A stretch of 64,000 nt of DNA from Owenia fusiformis. Taxonomy: Eukaryota. The notes below the pieces were generated by a model. It was not told the DNA's origin. It did no database searches and saw only the letters and a program-made list of their open reading frames with translations. The translations under genes were made by a program, and so were the position numbers. The stretch spans positions 744,001-808,000 of the forward strand of contig CAIIXF020000001.1 in assembly GCA_903813345.2 (NCBI GenBank). Reading direction: 5' to 3'. This document shows positions 26,101-36,839 of the stretch, one piece after another (the first letter of the stretch is position 1; each line of letters begins with the position of its first letter).

Positions 26101-29100
26101 AACAACACCGTGTTGTTGCATCAAGATGGCCAGACTTCCGGTGATAGATTTTCGTACGATATGTTGTTTCCCCAATTTAAACCCATTTCTAGGACGAGTT
26201 TCTCAATAACCATACACGTGAAGTTAGCGCACGATCTATTTTAAAGAAACTGTCATTTGTATACATGTAGCATCATCAAGAAGCAAGAAGTTCACGGTTT
26301 TAGTTCCTCACTATTGATGCAACAACACCAAACCGAAGATGCAACAACACTCCTCTAGATTTGAGCAATGATGCAACAACACCAATTAATAGTATAATTT
26401 CAGAAGACCATAAATCTCGAGAGGAACAGATTTTTAAATGCTACTGTTGCAACACCGGGCCAGTACCCCATTTGCGTTCTTCTCGGGCATTCAAAATGCA
26501 CGTCCTGCGGGCGAAGATTCTTTATATGTATTTTCAAAAATTTATACTTTTAAATATCATAATGTACTGGAAGTTGTTTTATAACATAGTTCAATCGCCT
26601 TTAACATTGCAAGCTATAGTAACCCAATCTATTATCATAAACCCCTGTTCCATAGCTTGATGACCCTGATACCAGTTAGTATCATTCAAAATGGTGGGCA
26701 AACATCTTTCGTTCTCGGTAAACACCGAACTCCCGTGCAGTGATATTATCACTGCGGCGGGCAGGTATCTCACCGTAAGCATGGTAACTTCGTAATAAAC
26801 AACTGACGTGATTGGTTCTAGTCCCATGCTCAGGTCGCGTGATTGTAAAATTTAGACAATTTCATTGGTTGAATTGTGCGTATTAACTAAAAAACAACAC
26901 GTGCGGTAAACTATTATCAACACAACTTTTACTCAGAATTCCTTCCGCGGTGATTTCTTCTCATATTTCAATAATTTTGAAATATTTTGACAAAATAATG
27001 TTTGGGGAACATTCATGAATACATATTTTATAAGTTGTGTGAAAATTGACCACATATATGATGAAAAAGGGAACTATTTTCCCCAAATTTTGGGGATTTT
27101 CTTCATCTGCCCGCCGCAGTGTCTATACCGAGACACTGCATGGGAGTTCGGGTAAACACGACAAGCTATTGGAAATCTTGCACAGCGCACATGTAGAAGT
27201 ATTGTTCTCTTTGGATTCGTTCTCCCCGATTGAGTAAAAATGTTGGTAATAGGATTTAGGTCCCGAAAAGGTAAATTGATAGGGGTACAGTAATCCCAGA
27301 TTCCCCCTGGGCCCTCGGGAAATATCATAATGTGTCCCGGAATAAAACCAATAGTGAATCCCTCTCTGTAAATAACCTCTATTATAAAGCATTGTATAAC
27401 TGCAATATCATTAAACCAACACTCATCGGAAGTTATGGGGTTTTGAAAACTCAAAATCGCTAAATTTGGTGCCCCATGTTAAGTCAATGGGAATTTTTTT
27501 TTTGAAGTGTAAAATACGACATATATACGACCGAGTACAGCTTAATTTAATGAAAGCCTTTAAATGAAGGGTACCTCAAAAGCAATCTAGCTTCAAAATT
27601 TGGACACAAAAATGTCTAGGTCAAAATCCAGGTCAAATTCAAAGTTTTCCTTATTTTTGTGATTCTGACACTACACTTCAATCATATTCTTCGAAATTGT
27701 GTATACATGCGTAGCCAAGAGTGTACTAATAGTGTTAGCCTTTTGCCGTCAGAAAGTATTTTAACCCACTTTTGAGATATGGTGCCCAAAAAGTAGGTCA
27801 AAATAAAAAATTCTCCAAAATTAACGTTTGAGTTATGAATGAAGAATAGGATTTTCTCAGGAATCGGAATCTGCAAACCAAATTTCGATCCGACTTCCGG
27901 TTCGGAAGTTATGGCGTTTTGAAATTTCGAGAAAAATCGATCTGATGGTATCCTGATAGAAAGTCAAGAGTAGCGAAGAAAATGTTGAAAACCCCATCCA
28001 TCCTTCCTATCCTATCCTACTATTCTATCCTATCGTTCCTTCTTATTCTATCCTATCCTTCCTATCCTATCCCTTTTATCCCTATCCGTTCCTTCCTATC
28101 TATCCTTCATATCCTTTCCTTCCTATCTATCTATCCTTCCTATCCTTTCCTTCCTATCTTATTTGAAAATCACCTTGCTATTCTATCCTATCTTTCTTCT
28201 CTATTCTCTCCCATCGTTCCATCCTATTCTGTCATATCCCTCCTTCCTATTTCATCCATCCATCCATCTTTTTCTGGATGACTCGGCTTAAAAAAATCCA
28301 GATCTGGAGTCTGAAATTGAACTTGTTCAATTTCCAAAGTCTAGTTATATTAGTTCTTTGTAAACAATTTCCATACGATACGGTAAATCAAGGGGATTTA
28401 ATTTAGAAAATGAATAATCTTTATTTTTCAGATACAATATCAATGAGGTTGGCTCACGGGGATTCAATACTTAGCCTATGTATTTACTTTACGTTGTATA
28501 TCCTTTTAACTTTGATAAAGACAAATACATTAAGGAACCAAACAAAATACGTTTCATTCATGAACCGCGCACTCACGCGTTTTATTCATGTCCCGACCAA
28601 CACCTATAAACAGAACATAAAACAGTTTCTCTTGATATTCAATGATACATTATATTGGCGTTTTTGCATCAGCACATTGGTGTTGTTGCATCATTGATAA
28701 TAAACAGAGTGGTGTTGTTGCATCAATAGTGAGGAATTAAAACCGCGAATTTCTCGCTTCTTGATGATGCTACATGCATACTAATGAGAGTTTTTTTAAA
28801 TATAGATCATGAGCTAACTGCACGTGTATGATTATTGAGCAACTCGTCCTAGAAATGGGTTTACATTGGGAAAACAAAATATCGGACGAAAATCTATCAC
28901 CGGAAGTCTGGCCATCTTGATGCAACAACACGGTGTTGTTGCATCACGATACCCCCCAGTGAATATAGTACATATTCTGTATTTCACATATTATCGTCAT
29001 CATCATCATCACCACTTAAATTGCCATTGTCGCAGTCTGCAGCAGAAAAACATGTAACATTTTCATTGGATATTATTGGTGGCTGAAACAGTGATAATAA

Positions 29101-32100
29101 GGCACTGTTGGCCCACATCTGGTTGACTGACCCAAAAAGATTAATAGGAATAGGTCTATCGAAAATGTGATTGTTTTTCACTTTCCTTATACTTCGCTCG
29201 ACATGAATGCGCTCTGCAGCGATCTGTTGCGTCTTGTAGACATCTTCTGCATTCATCTGGTCCTCCAGACCAAGGAAGGGCGGGATATTTAGATTGACAC
29301 CAAGGGGATCTAATAAATCTTTTATTAAGAATCCCTTATCCACCATTACGTCGTCGTCTTTGTCGAATGGGAGTTGCAAAAATCCAGATCGTTCAGTGAT
29401 TTCTCTATCTGAAATACTTCCGTGGAAGAGGGAACTCACAAATGTAGGCGCCCCCTGTGGAGCGATTCCTAAAAGTCCCTTCAACGTGTTTGTCGATTTG
29501 TAGTTCGAATATGTTTGAGATTTAAGGGTTAGAGATTTCGGCATCTGACATTTGATCTCAAAAGCGTCTAAGATTACTCTGGTGTTAGGATATTTTTGCT
29601 TAAATGACGCTGGCATTGTTTGCTGAATTTGGTTTTTACTTGGCCAAATGTTCATGGACCCCAACGTGATGTAGAGAAAATTTACCCACTTCAGGAACAA
29701 ATTAGACACGGTGGATTTTGAAATACCAAATCTAATTGCCAAATCCATTTCGAACATGCCTAGTCTAACCCTACACAGATAAAGTAGGAATTGGTCCTCC
29801 ACGGACAGTTTATGGGGCCTGCCTGATTTTTTCTTTATTTCAGATGATTTGTCAGAGCGATTTGCGATGTTTTCACCGCTTTTTCCTGGATTCAGAAATG
29901 CAAGAACAGAAAGAAATGTTTGTTTGTTTGGAAATCCAGTATAAAATGGTATATAACGTTCGTGAAGATTATCGAATGTGAACACATTGGCTTTTAGCCT
30001 TTCATTTTCTTCTCGTAATTTGTCACACTGGATTTTAGTGTCATTATCCGGTTCATTGACGTTTTTTGTGGCAGTCAGTTTCATTATGTCAAGCTTCAGT
30101 TTTAATATTTTGTTCTCTAGTTCAGCCTTTTCCTTCTTTGATACGATAATTTGTAGTTTTGCACTCACTTCTTTTAATGTCTTTGTTGTACACGTTTTAC
30201 ATTCATAACCAACTGGAGTAAGAGGAGGGGATTGTAACCCTCTTGGTTCGGGGATAGAAGATACAGTTTTTTATCAGTAAACTCATGATTGTTTTCCACT
30301 CGATTAAAGGGGTCTTTTCGCCGTTTTGAAGACACATTCATATGAGGGACATCTGACCAGCATTTAAATACGTGGGGTACTATTCCTGCTTTTAAAATAC
30401 GTCTCTTGCTGAATCCGTGATACTCAAAAGCTTCGTCAGCAAAATGTAAAGAACAAACTCTACTCGATGAAGTTAATTGAAACTTTTTATCTTCAACCCT
30501 ATGTATCGCAATAAGCCATTTGTTTTTCATACTTTCTGGAACTTTAATATATGTGACTAACTTCTCATCAACCTTCGCTTTCCCGTAAGACGTGCACATC
30601 GGTACAATGCAATTTTTTCCCGATTTCTTTTGTTTGGGACAGTTGTTCTCATCTTTATTCAAATGATATCGATGGTATCCTGCTGGATCCTAAATAAAAG
30701 AAAAGTTCATGTTATGCAATTGCATACATTTATCTTTGCTGTACAATATTTCTAATTCTGACTTTAGATACCATTTTTTGTGAGTCGTGGATTATTAATG
30801 CGAACTATTTATCTCTTACCATATGATATACAATCTTCACACAAATCATGGTATATAAGTTTTATATCGCATGATGCTCATATTTCCCGGTGAATAAATT
30901 TGTAAAACTAGTATGCAATATGTCATTTGAAAAACACTTTCCAGTATTATGGTGTCGGCGAAAATGACATATTTACCTCGGAAATTCCTCCACAAATCTT
31001 ATTATATATGGGGATTTAATATTAATTTTATTTCCTCGGAAAATAGCTTACCGTTGATCCTTGGAATATATCCCATACAATATCTTTTCTCAGTAAAGAA
31101 TTACCTCTCAATCTGATTTGACAGAGATGACCAGGTGAATATGATATTTGCAATGGATATTAGCAATCGTTATTATGAACTTGTATTGTAATTAGGGTAA
31201 CTATACAAATCAATAATCAAAGTACATGAGAGTGCCCCCTCCGGAACATAGTACAACACAAGTACACCTACCGAGACGGATAACTAATGTTAATGTCTGC
31301 TGTACATTTCCATTCAATGTTGTCAACAGATCAATGACCGGCAATGAATCTCTTGTCAATTACTAACCTAGATACAGTAATATTATTACCAAAAGGGCAT
31401 AAACATATGTGAATGTGATGTATAATACCAAATCGATGATTATTTTATGATAACTTACCATTTTGAAGCAGCTAAATTGACTGAAAGTACCCAGAGATTT
31501 ACATGTAACTCAACCGGATTTGTGCTTTCGCGGGAAAAGTTTCTACCATTGACGTCATAGATTTTTAAGCGGCTCATTATAATATTCATGAGCTGACTTT
31601 ATGGAAAGGTGAATATTCGCAACATCTATCTATTTCACATATATTCAGTGTTTTTCATCCTGACCCCCAGGGGCCGTGTATGGGGGGTCAGGAAAACAGA
31701 AATTTTCGCTAATTTTTAGATCTTTCTGAAGTATAGCTTTATTATACTCAAATGAAAGGCAATTAAGAGTAGATTGCAAATATTGTATCTTTTTTCTGAT
31801 TCGAGCCTCGTAAAATTCAAAATGGCCGTCTAATGTACGATTTCGCAATAATTTTTCGATCCCTTCAACGTATGGCTATATAATACTCAAATTGAAGGAA
31901 TTTTGGAGTAGATCACAATTATGGTATTATTTTTCAGATTTGTACCTCAGAAAATTCAAAATAGCTGCTTTGCAGGAATTCGCAATTCTAAAATCTAAAT
32001 TTTTCAATTTTAACCAAAGTAATGAGTATAATTGATTGGAATTCGGTAATTGATATTTTGTTCGTTGGGATTTGCTACTCCGCGGAGTTGCCATCATCTA

Positions 32101-34331
32101 GTTTATCATACAGTATGCATTTTATCAATTTTTTCCATTCATTATTTTTAACGGCATTGTTGCATCTTACTTGAAAGCACCATGCCATTTAGTAGCCTCA
32201 GTTTTTCTGTTCTCCTAATTGTGATAGATTTTGATTGAGTCATATCATAATTTGTAGGACTTGCAGCACTGAAAGATGCGGGAATACCATATGAGAAAGT
32301 AGAGGCAGTTGTGTGTAGTTACAACTATGGAGACCCAACCAGTGGCCAGAGGGCGCTGTATGAGATTGGTCTGTCTGGAGTTCCTGTTTTCAATGTTAAC
32401 AACAATTGCTCTGCTGGTTCTTCAGGGCTAATGATGGCAAGGCAGCTCATCAAGGCTGGACATGATTGTGTTATGGCATTAGGTATTTAAACATTTGTGT
32501 ACATCTGCATTATTATGGTACATCTGATAAGTATTGATATCCTCTTAGCGAGCTTCTTATATACTTCACTTTTTGACTTGTTGCTCCTGCTTTCCAAATC
32601 ATATTTCAAGATCCATTTGTTGTATTTTCCCAAATGGGGAAGTTTTTTCATGATTTCCTGAAAATGTGGTTGTCACTTTTTGTATTATTTTGTACTTTAC
32701 TGAATATATGTATTTTATATTGATTGGTCACAGACACATCATGTAACTGGTCATAGCACATCAAAGGTCATCATTTCACCATTAATAAGCCAATCAGCAT
32801 TCAGAATACATATGAGATACTGTATAATGATAAATTCTGTTCATTGAAGGTTTGATGAAAAAATCATAAGCCAATCAGCATTCAGAATACATATGAGATA
32901 CTGTATAATGATAAATTCTGTTCATTGAAGGTTTGATGAAAAAATCAGAAAGACTCCAAAAATAAATGCTTATTCCTATATTTTTAGGTTTTGAGAAAAT
33001 GGAAGGAGGATTATCCGAGACATTCAAGGATCGTACTTCTCCAGTTCAGCGTCACATGGATCACATGGTCTCCCTCGGGGCAGAACCTGGTCTGATTGGT
33101 CCAGGCTATAATGCTATGACATCAGATGTCATCAAACTGTTTGCATATGCTGCAAGAGAATACATGGAGAAATATCCTGGTGCTATGACTTTTGAGGATC
33201 TTGTGAAAGTTGCGTATAAAAATCGTAAGCATGGGGCCAATAATCCAAAGGCTTCTTTGCAAAAACCTACCTCGATGAAAAGCATTGCCAACAAGGATCG
33301 AATAATGATTTATCCAATCACGATAGGCATGACTGCCATGACAGCAGATGGTGGAGCTGCTGCAATTGTCTGCAGTGAAAATTTTATTCAAGAGAACAAA
33401 CTTGAAAATCGTGCGATTGAAATCATCGCTCAGCATATGGTAACTGACCTCCCATCTTCATTTCATAAAAGCATGATGGACACAGCTGGCTACAGCATGT
33501 CAAAATTAGCTGCTGAAAAAGTTTATAAGGACTCAGGCCTGCAAGCCAAGGATGTAGATGTCATTGAAGTTCACGACTGTTTCTCGTGTAATGAAGTGTT
33601 TATGTATGAAGCCATGCAACTTGTAAAGGAGGGTGAAGGAGTTAAGCTGTTCAATACTGCCAAGTGGGTGAATAACAAGGCTGGGGGTGAGGTTTGTCAG
33701 CTAGGGGGGCGCTGGGTTGTCAATCCATCAGGTGGAATAGAGTCTAAAGGTCATCCTATAGGAGCAACAGGTAGGTTCAAAACACCAGTGACTAGAGGTT
33801 CTGTTACATTAATATTATATTCAATGAATACTAATACAAATTACTTTTATTTGCATGTTTGTAATTATTATGCTCATATACTTAAAAATTAAAGGATCTC
33901 AAGCCACTCTGTATTTAAAATACACAGTTAATCAGTTATGTTGAACTAAAATGAATGCAAGTAGATTGTGTATATTGAAAACACAGAGGTTCTTGAACTT
34001 GTACTGAAGGCTCAATATACAAGTTCAATATGTTATGACTTCCTTTCAATGTCAGGTCAAAATCTAGATTGCACTTATCAGATAAAATGGATAGGGTCAT
34101 AGTCTAACATAGAGCTTGCCATTGCTACACTTCAGACGTGAATGACATGTAATCCAACTGTTTGTTTCAGGTCTGGGGCAGTGTGCAGAGTTGGTATCGC
34201 AACTAAGAGGTGAGGCTGAGAAAAGACAAGTAGAAGGGGCAAAAGTGGCGCTACAACACAACTATGGAATAGGGGGAGCTGCAGTCGTCACCATGTACCA
34301 GAGGCCAACCTTCAACACTGCAAGACTTTAG
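20165..34331 (+). CDS. SCP2-like: Peroxisomal SCP-x-type (SCP2/DAF-22-like) thiolase, 424 aa, no C-terminal SCP2 domain
   Basis: Exons 20165-20270, 32258-32482, 32988-33770, 34171-34331 (1275 nt, GT-AG, in phase). Motifs [21 protein letters not shown] (catalytic Cys), [30 protein letters not shown]; ends -ARL* (PTS1). Confidence 0.95.
20390..21157. mobile_element. MITE with about-60-bp TIRs and 8-bp TSD (P- or hAT-type)
   Basis: TIR CATAGGCTAAGGGTTAAGTAATAGTAAG.../...CTTACTATTACTTAACCCTTAGCCTATG; TGCAAGAC duplicated at 20382-20389 and 21158-21165. Confidence 0.9.
21332..21877. mobile_element. hAT-like MITE with 5-bp TSD
   Basis: CATGGGTGTAGCGC...GCGCTACGCCCATG; ACCGT on both flanks (inserted in a loose atgaccgtgg repeat). 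Confidence 0.75.
22915..22965 (+). promoter_or_regulatory. Putative internal promoter of the YqaJ gene (CCAAT box, octamer, CRE)
   Basis: gattggc, ATGCAAAT and TGACGTCA clustered 25-65 bp inside the left TIR; mirrored CRE at the right end. Confidence 0.45.
23087..25573 (+). CDS. SWIM zinc finger + YqaJ/lambda-exonuclease-like (PD-(D/E)XK) nuclease of the transposon, about 666 aa, intact
   Basis: ORF 23597..25573 extended by ATG-only exon 23087-23089 (GTAAGT donor) spliced in frame to 23576. SAP-like KWLLCRG segment; [30 protein letters not shown]; YqaJ motifs [41 protein letters not shown]. Confidence 0.92.
26080..28961. mobile_element. Non-autonomous TIR element with CACTG termini, about-260-bp TIRs and 5-bp TSD, nested in the ISL2EU element
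   Basis: CACTGGGGAGTAACGTGATGCAACAACACC... vs ...GGTGTTGTTGCATCACGATACCCCCCAGTG; AATAT at 26075-26079 and 28962-28966; repeated GATGCAACAACAC motifs; no long ORF; CCTAT-rich tract about 27995-28270. Confidence 0.88.
28984..31461 (-). CDS. THAP + HTH + DDE (DDE_Tnp_4/Harbinger-family) transposase, about 569 aa, split by one frameshift
   Basis: ATG-only exon 31461-31459 (GTAAGT donor) spliced to 30689 gives [15 protein letters not shown]...; [60 protein letters not shown]; catalytic region [25 protein letters not shown]. Adding one base in the 6-nt homopolymer at 30267-30272 joins ORFs 30174..30662 and 28984..30168. Confidence 0.9.
31525..31593 (-). promoter_or_regulatory. Putative internal promoter of the transposase gene (CRE, E2F-like site)
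   Basis: cattgacgtcat (reverse complement of the left-end atgacgtcaatg) and tttcgcgggaaa just inside the right TIR, about 70-100 bp before the ATG exon. Confidence 0.45.
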
Positions 34332-36839
34332 ATTGGCCTTCAGAGACCAACCTTCAACCCTGCTAGACTTTAGATTGGCCTACAACACAAGTCACTTATT
34401 CCAAGAATAAAACTTGAGCAACATCACTGAAATGAAATGGACAGAATATGAGATACCAATCAGTATTGATTAATTTCATAGTTCTATTTCATATTTTGAC
34501 ATTGATGCTACAATATATGATTTTAGTACTATTAAGTTATAAAGATGGCAGAGCAGTTTCTATTGATTTGCATTAAATCAGATTAATAGTTCTATATCCA
34601 TTTGTGCAAACTGCAGTCTCTTGGAAGAAAGAGGAACTGTGTAGATTATAAAGGAGTTACAACTTGAGTGACACTTACAAAAATGCAATGCAAGTAACAC
34701 GAAATTGCCAACTATTTATTACTTCAAATGCTTGTACATACAAAAGTAACAGCACACATTGATTTATGATATAGTGTACAATGATTTTGATTGTAATTAA
34801 ATCCTAATTATTTTCATGAATGTATAGACCAATGTTCAGGTTCACTGTCCTTCCAGTTTACACATGTGGCCTTATGCTGTGATTAAGATCACTTTTATTT
34901 TTTATATTTTTATGTATTTACCAATTGCAAAAGAACAATTGTAAAATAAAATGTAAAAGACCATTGGATTAATTTTTATTTTATGTCACAAGCAAGAATT
35001 GATGACATGTTGTTAAAGCATTTTGTCATGTAATTGCTTTTATCTTAATTTGATGAACAATAGTTCAATGGTTAATTTTTGATGAGTCAGAATGGAGTTT
35101 ATTTCTCAAAAATTATCCTTTTTGCTAATATATTTTGATGACAAAATTGAAATTGATGAACACCTAAATTTTCTTATCAAAATATATAAAGTACATAACT
35201 AATTGTTTCTGTGAGTTTTAGAAAAGTTAGATACGCCAAAGTGTGTTTTGAGGTAAAAATCTGATTTTTACATAGAATCCAATGAGAAGTACCATGCCAA
35301 TTTTTGTCAAATATTGACACTTTATGTGTCTCTTGCTCAGAAAAAAGCATACAATCATATAGTTTTTCAAAGCTTGATATCTTTGTTACCTGTTTAATGA
35401 ATTCTTGATAACTTAGTTTGAGAAAAAGTTAATACTATCAAAAAAATTAATGGAACATGCTATGACATCTCATCTCTTGAGAAACAGAAAGGAACGTTGC
35501 TATGAGTGTTAAAATGGGAAACATACTTAAGCCTTGAAGAACTATTCATGAATAGAAATGTAATAAAGATGTCGCTTGGTCTGAATTCTATGTTTCTAAA
35601 CAACACAATCAAAGTTCAACAACCTATTTACAATGGTTTACTCTGGTTGCATAAGGGGGCGGGCTCAAAATATTTTGAATCACAATCAAAGGTGAATTTA
35701 TTAATTTTGAACCAATCACTTTTCCTTATTACAAACAGAAACTGCAAAATTAACCTTTATCTTCTCAAATCTTATCTTCCGATTGTATCTTATCTTCCGA
35801 TTATATCTGAACTGGTCGAATATTTTTTATAAAAGGATTCAGCCAGTTTGTGACAGTCCATAATGTGTTTTTCTTGTTTTTAGTATGTTTTCTAAAAGAT
35901 TTGTTATGAAAATCAACAGATAAATAATTCAATGTCTTAAAGCTCGTTCGAGGAAGCTGTGTTCCATCTATAACTTTTTCATCATGTAATTCTGTTTTAT
36001 ATCAATGACAGGTATTGTATTGATTGCCTAGGTTACCAGTGAAAATTGACTTGTATTAAAGAATGTAATTTGAGATTGTAAGATGTCCAATACTTTTATG
36101 TGATTGGATTAAATTGGAGATAGTTGTCATGTGACTGAATGTTGCATCTTGGGATAAGGCTCCACTGTTGTTCAAAGGTTTCTTATCACATAGTTGAGTT
36201 GGCATGAATGTTTGATAAAAAAAATCAAGACAAACTCATTTCAACGGTTTACAAGCCTCAGCTCAAAGATATTATCACGAAACCTATGGTTTCAAGCTAA
36301 ATAATACAAATTGATACCATTTGATGAAATAACAAGGAGAAATAGCATAAATATTCTTAATACTATTTGAAGTTAGGACCAGATAACTGGAGCTTTATGG
36401 CACTGTAAGTTGATAAGTTTATAGCAACAATGAGATAGCAACCATAAGCAATAAGATAGTCGCTTGGCTTATTGTAACAATTTTGATATCTCTTCATTAT
36501 TATACAAACATTAAAGTGAAGTTTGATTTATGTAATTCAAAATATGAAGATGTTTTATTGGTTTTGGTAAGTATTCTGTAGTTTAATTTTTTAAATCTAA
36601 AGATAATACAAAAACTTGGTTAAATTATTAATATGGATAATTTAGTTCAAAACATGAAAGAAGGATAATTGCATGTCATTTCTTATATTCTTTTGTACAA
36701 CTTTTCAGGAGTACTGAATATCTGTACCAGATTATGTACTAGGATATATACATATGTATTAGAAATGTACAAGGGCAGTGTTTGGTAGTAAGAATATACA
36801 CGCAATGTTCTGGCGCAAGTTTATGACATAACCGCAAAG

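Larger units (their letters stand above)
22879..31612. mobile_element. ISL2EU-type (PIF/Harbinger-related) DNA transposon with convergent YqaJ nuclease and THAP-DDE transposase genes
   Basis: 19-bp TIRs TCACCTTTCCACAAAGTCA (22879-22897) / TGACTTTATGGAAAGGTGA (31594-31612), 1 mismatch; AT on both flanks (a TA-TSD reading with 20-bp TIRs is also possible). Gene content matches the ISL2EU description. Confidence 0.88.
22392..32102 (+). mobile_element. Helentron/HINE (DINE-1-like) non-autonomous element interrupted by the ISL2EU-type transposon
   Basis: 5' TTATCCCAACGAAC..GGGATA hairpin, (GTCC/GTCT)n tract 22657-22682; 3' subterminal inverted copy GTTCGTTGGGAT 32060-32071, hairpin gctactccgcggagttgc, then CTAGT-TT. 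A related uninterrupted 5' part lies at about 38780-39010. Confidence 0.75.

Noticed and set aside
27982-28281. 99-aa hydrophobic ORF
   Set aside because: Translation of a CCTAT/CCTT simple-sequence tract.
26080-28961. ProtoRAG/RAG-like transposon
   Set aside because: CAC ends and a 5-bp TSD fit, but there is no RSS-like heptamer/nonamer spacing and no RAG1/RAG2-like coding remnant that I can see.
28984-30662. Domesticated HARBI1/THAP host gene
   Set aside because: TIRs and flanking duplication are intact, it sits inside another TE in an intron, and it is frameshifted.
32784-32947. 82-bp direct duplication in thiolase intron 2
   Set aside because: Simple two-copy tandem duplication with no splice or coding consequence seen.
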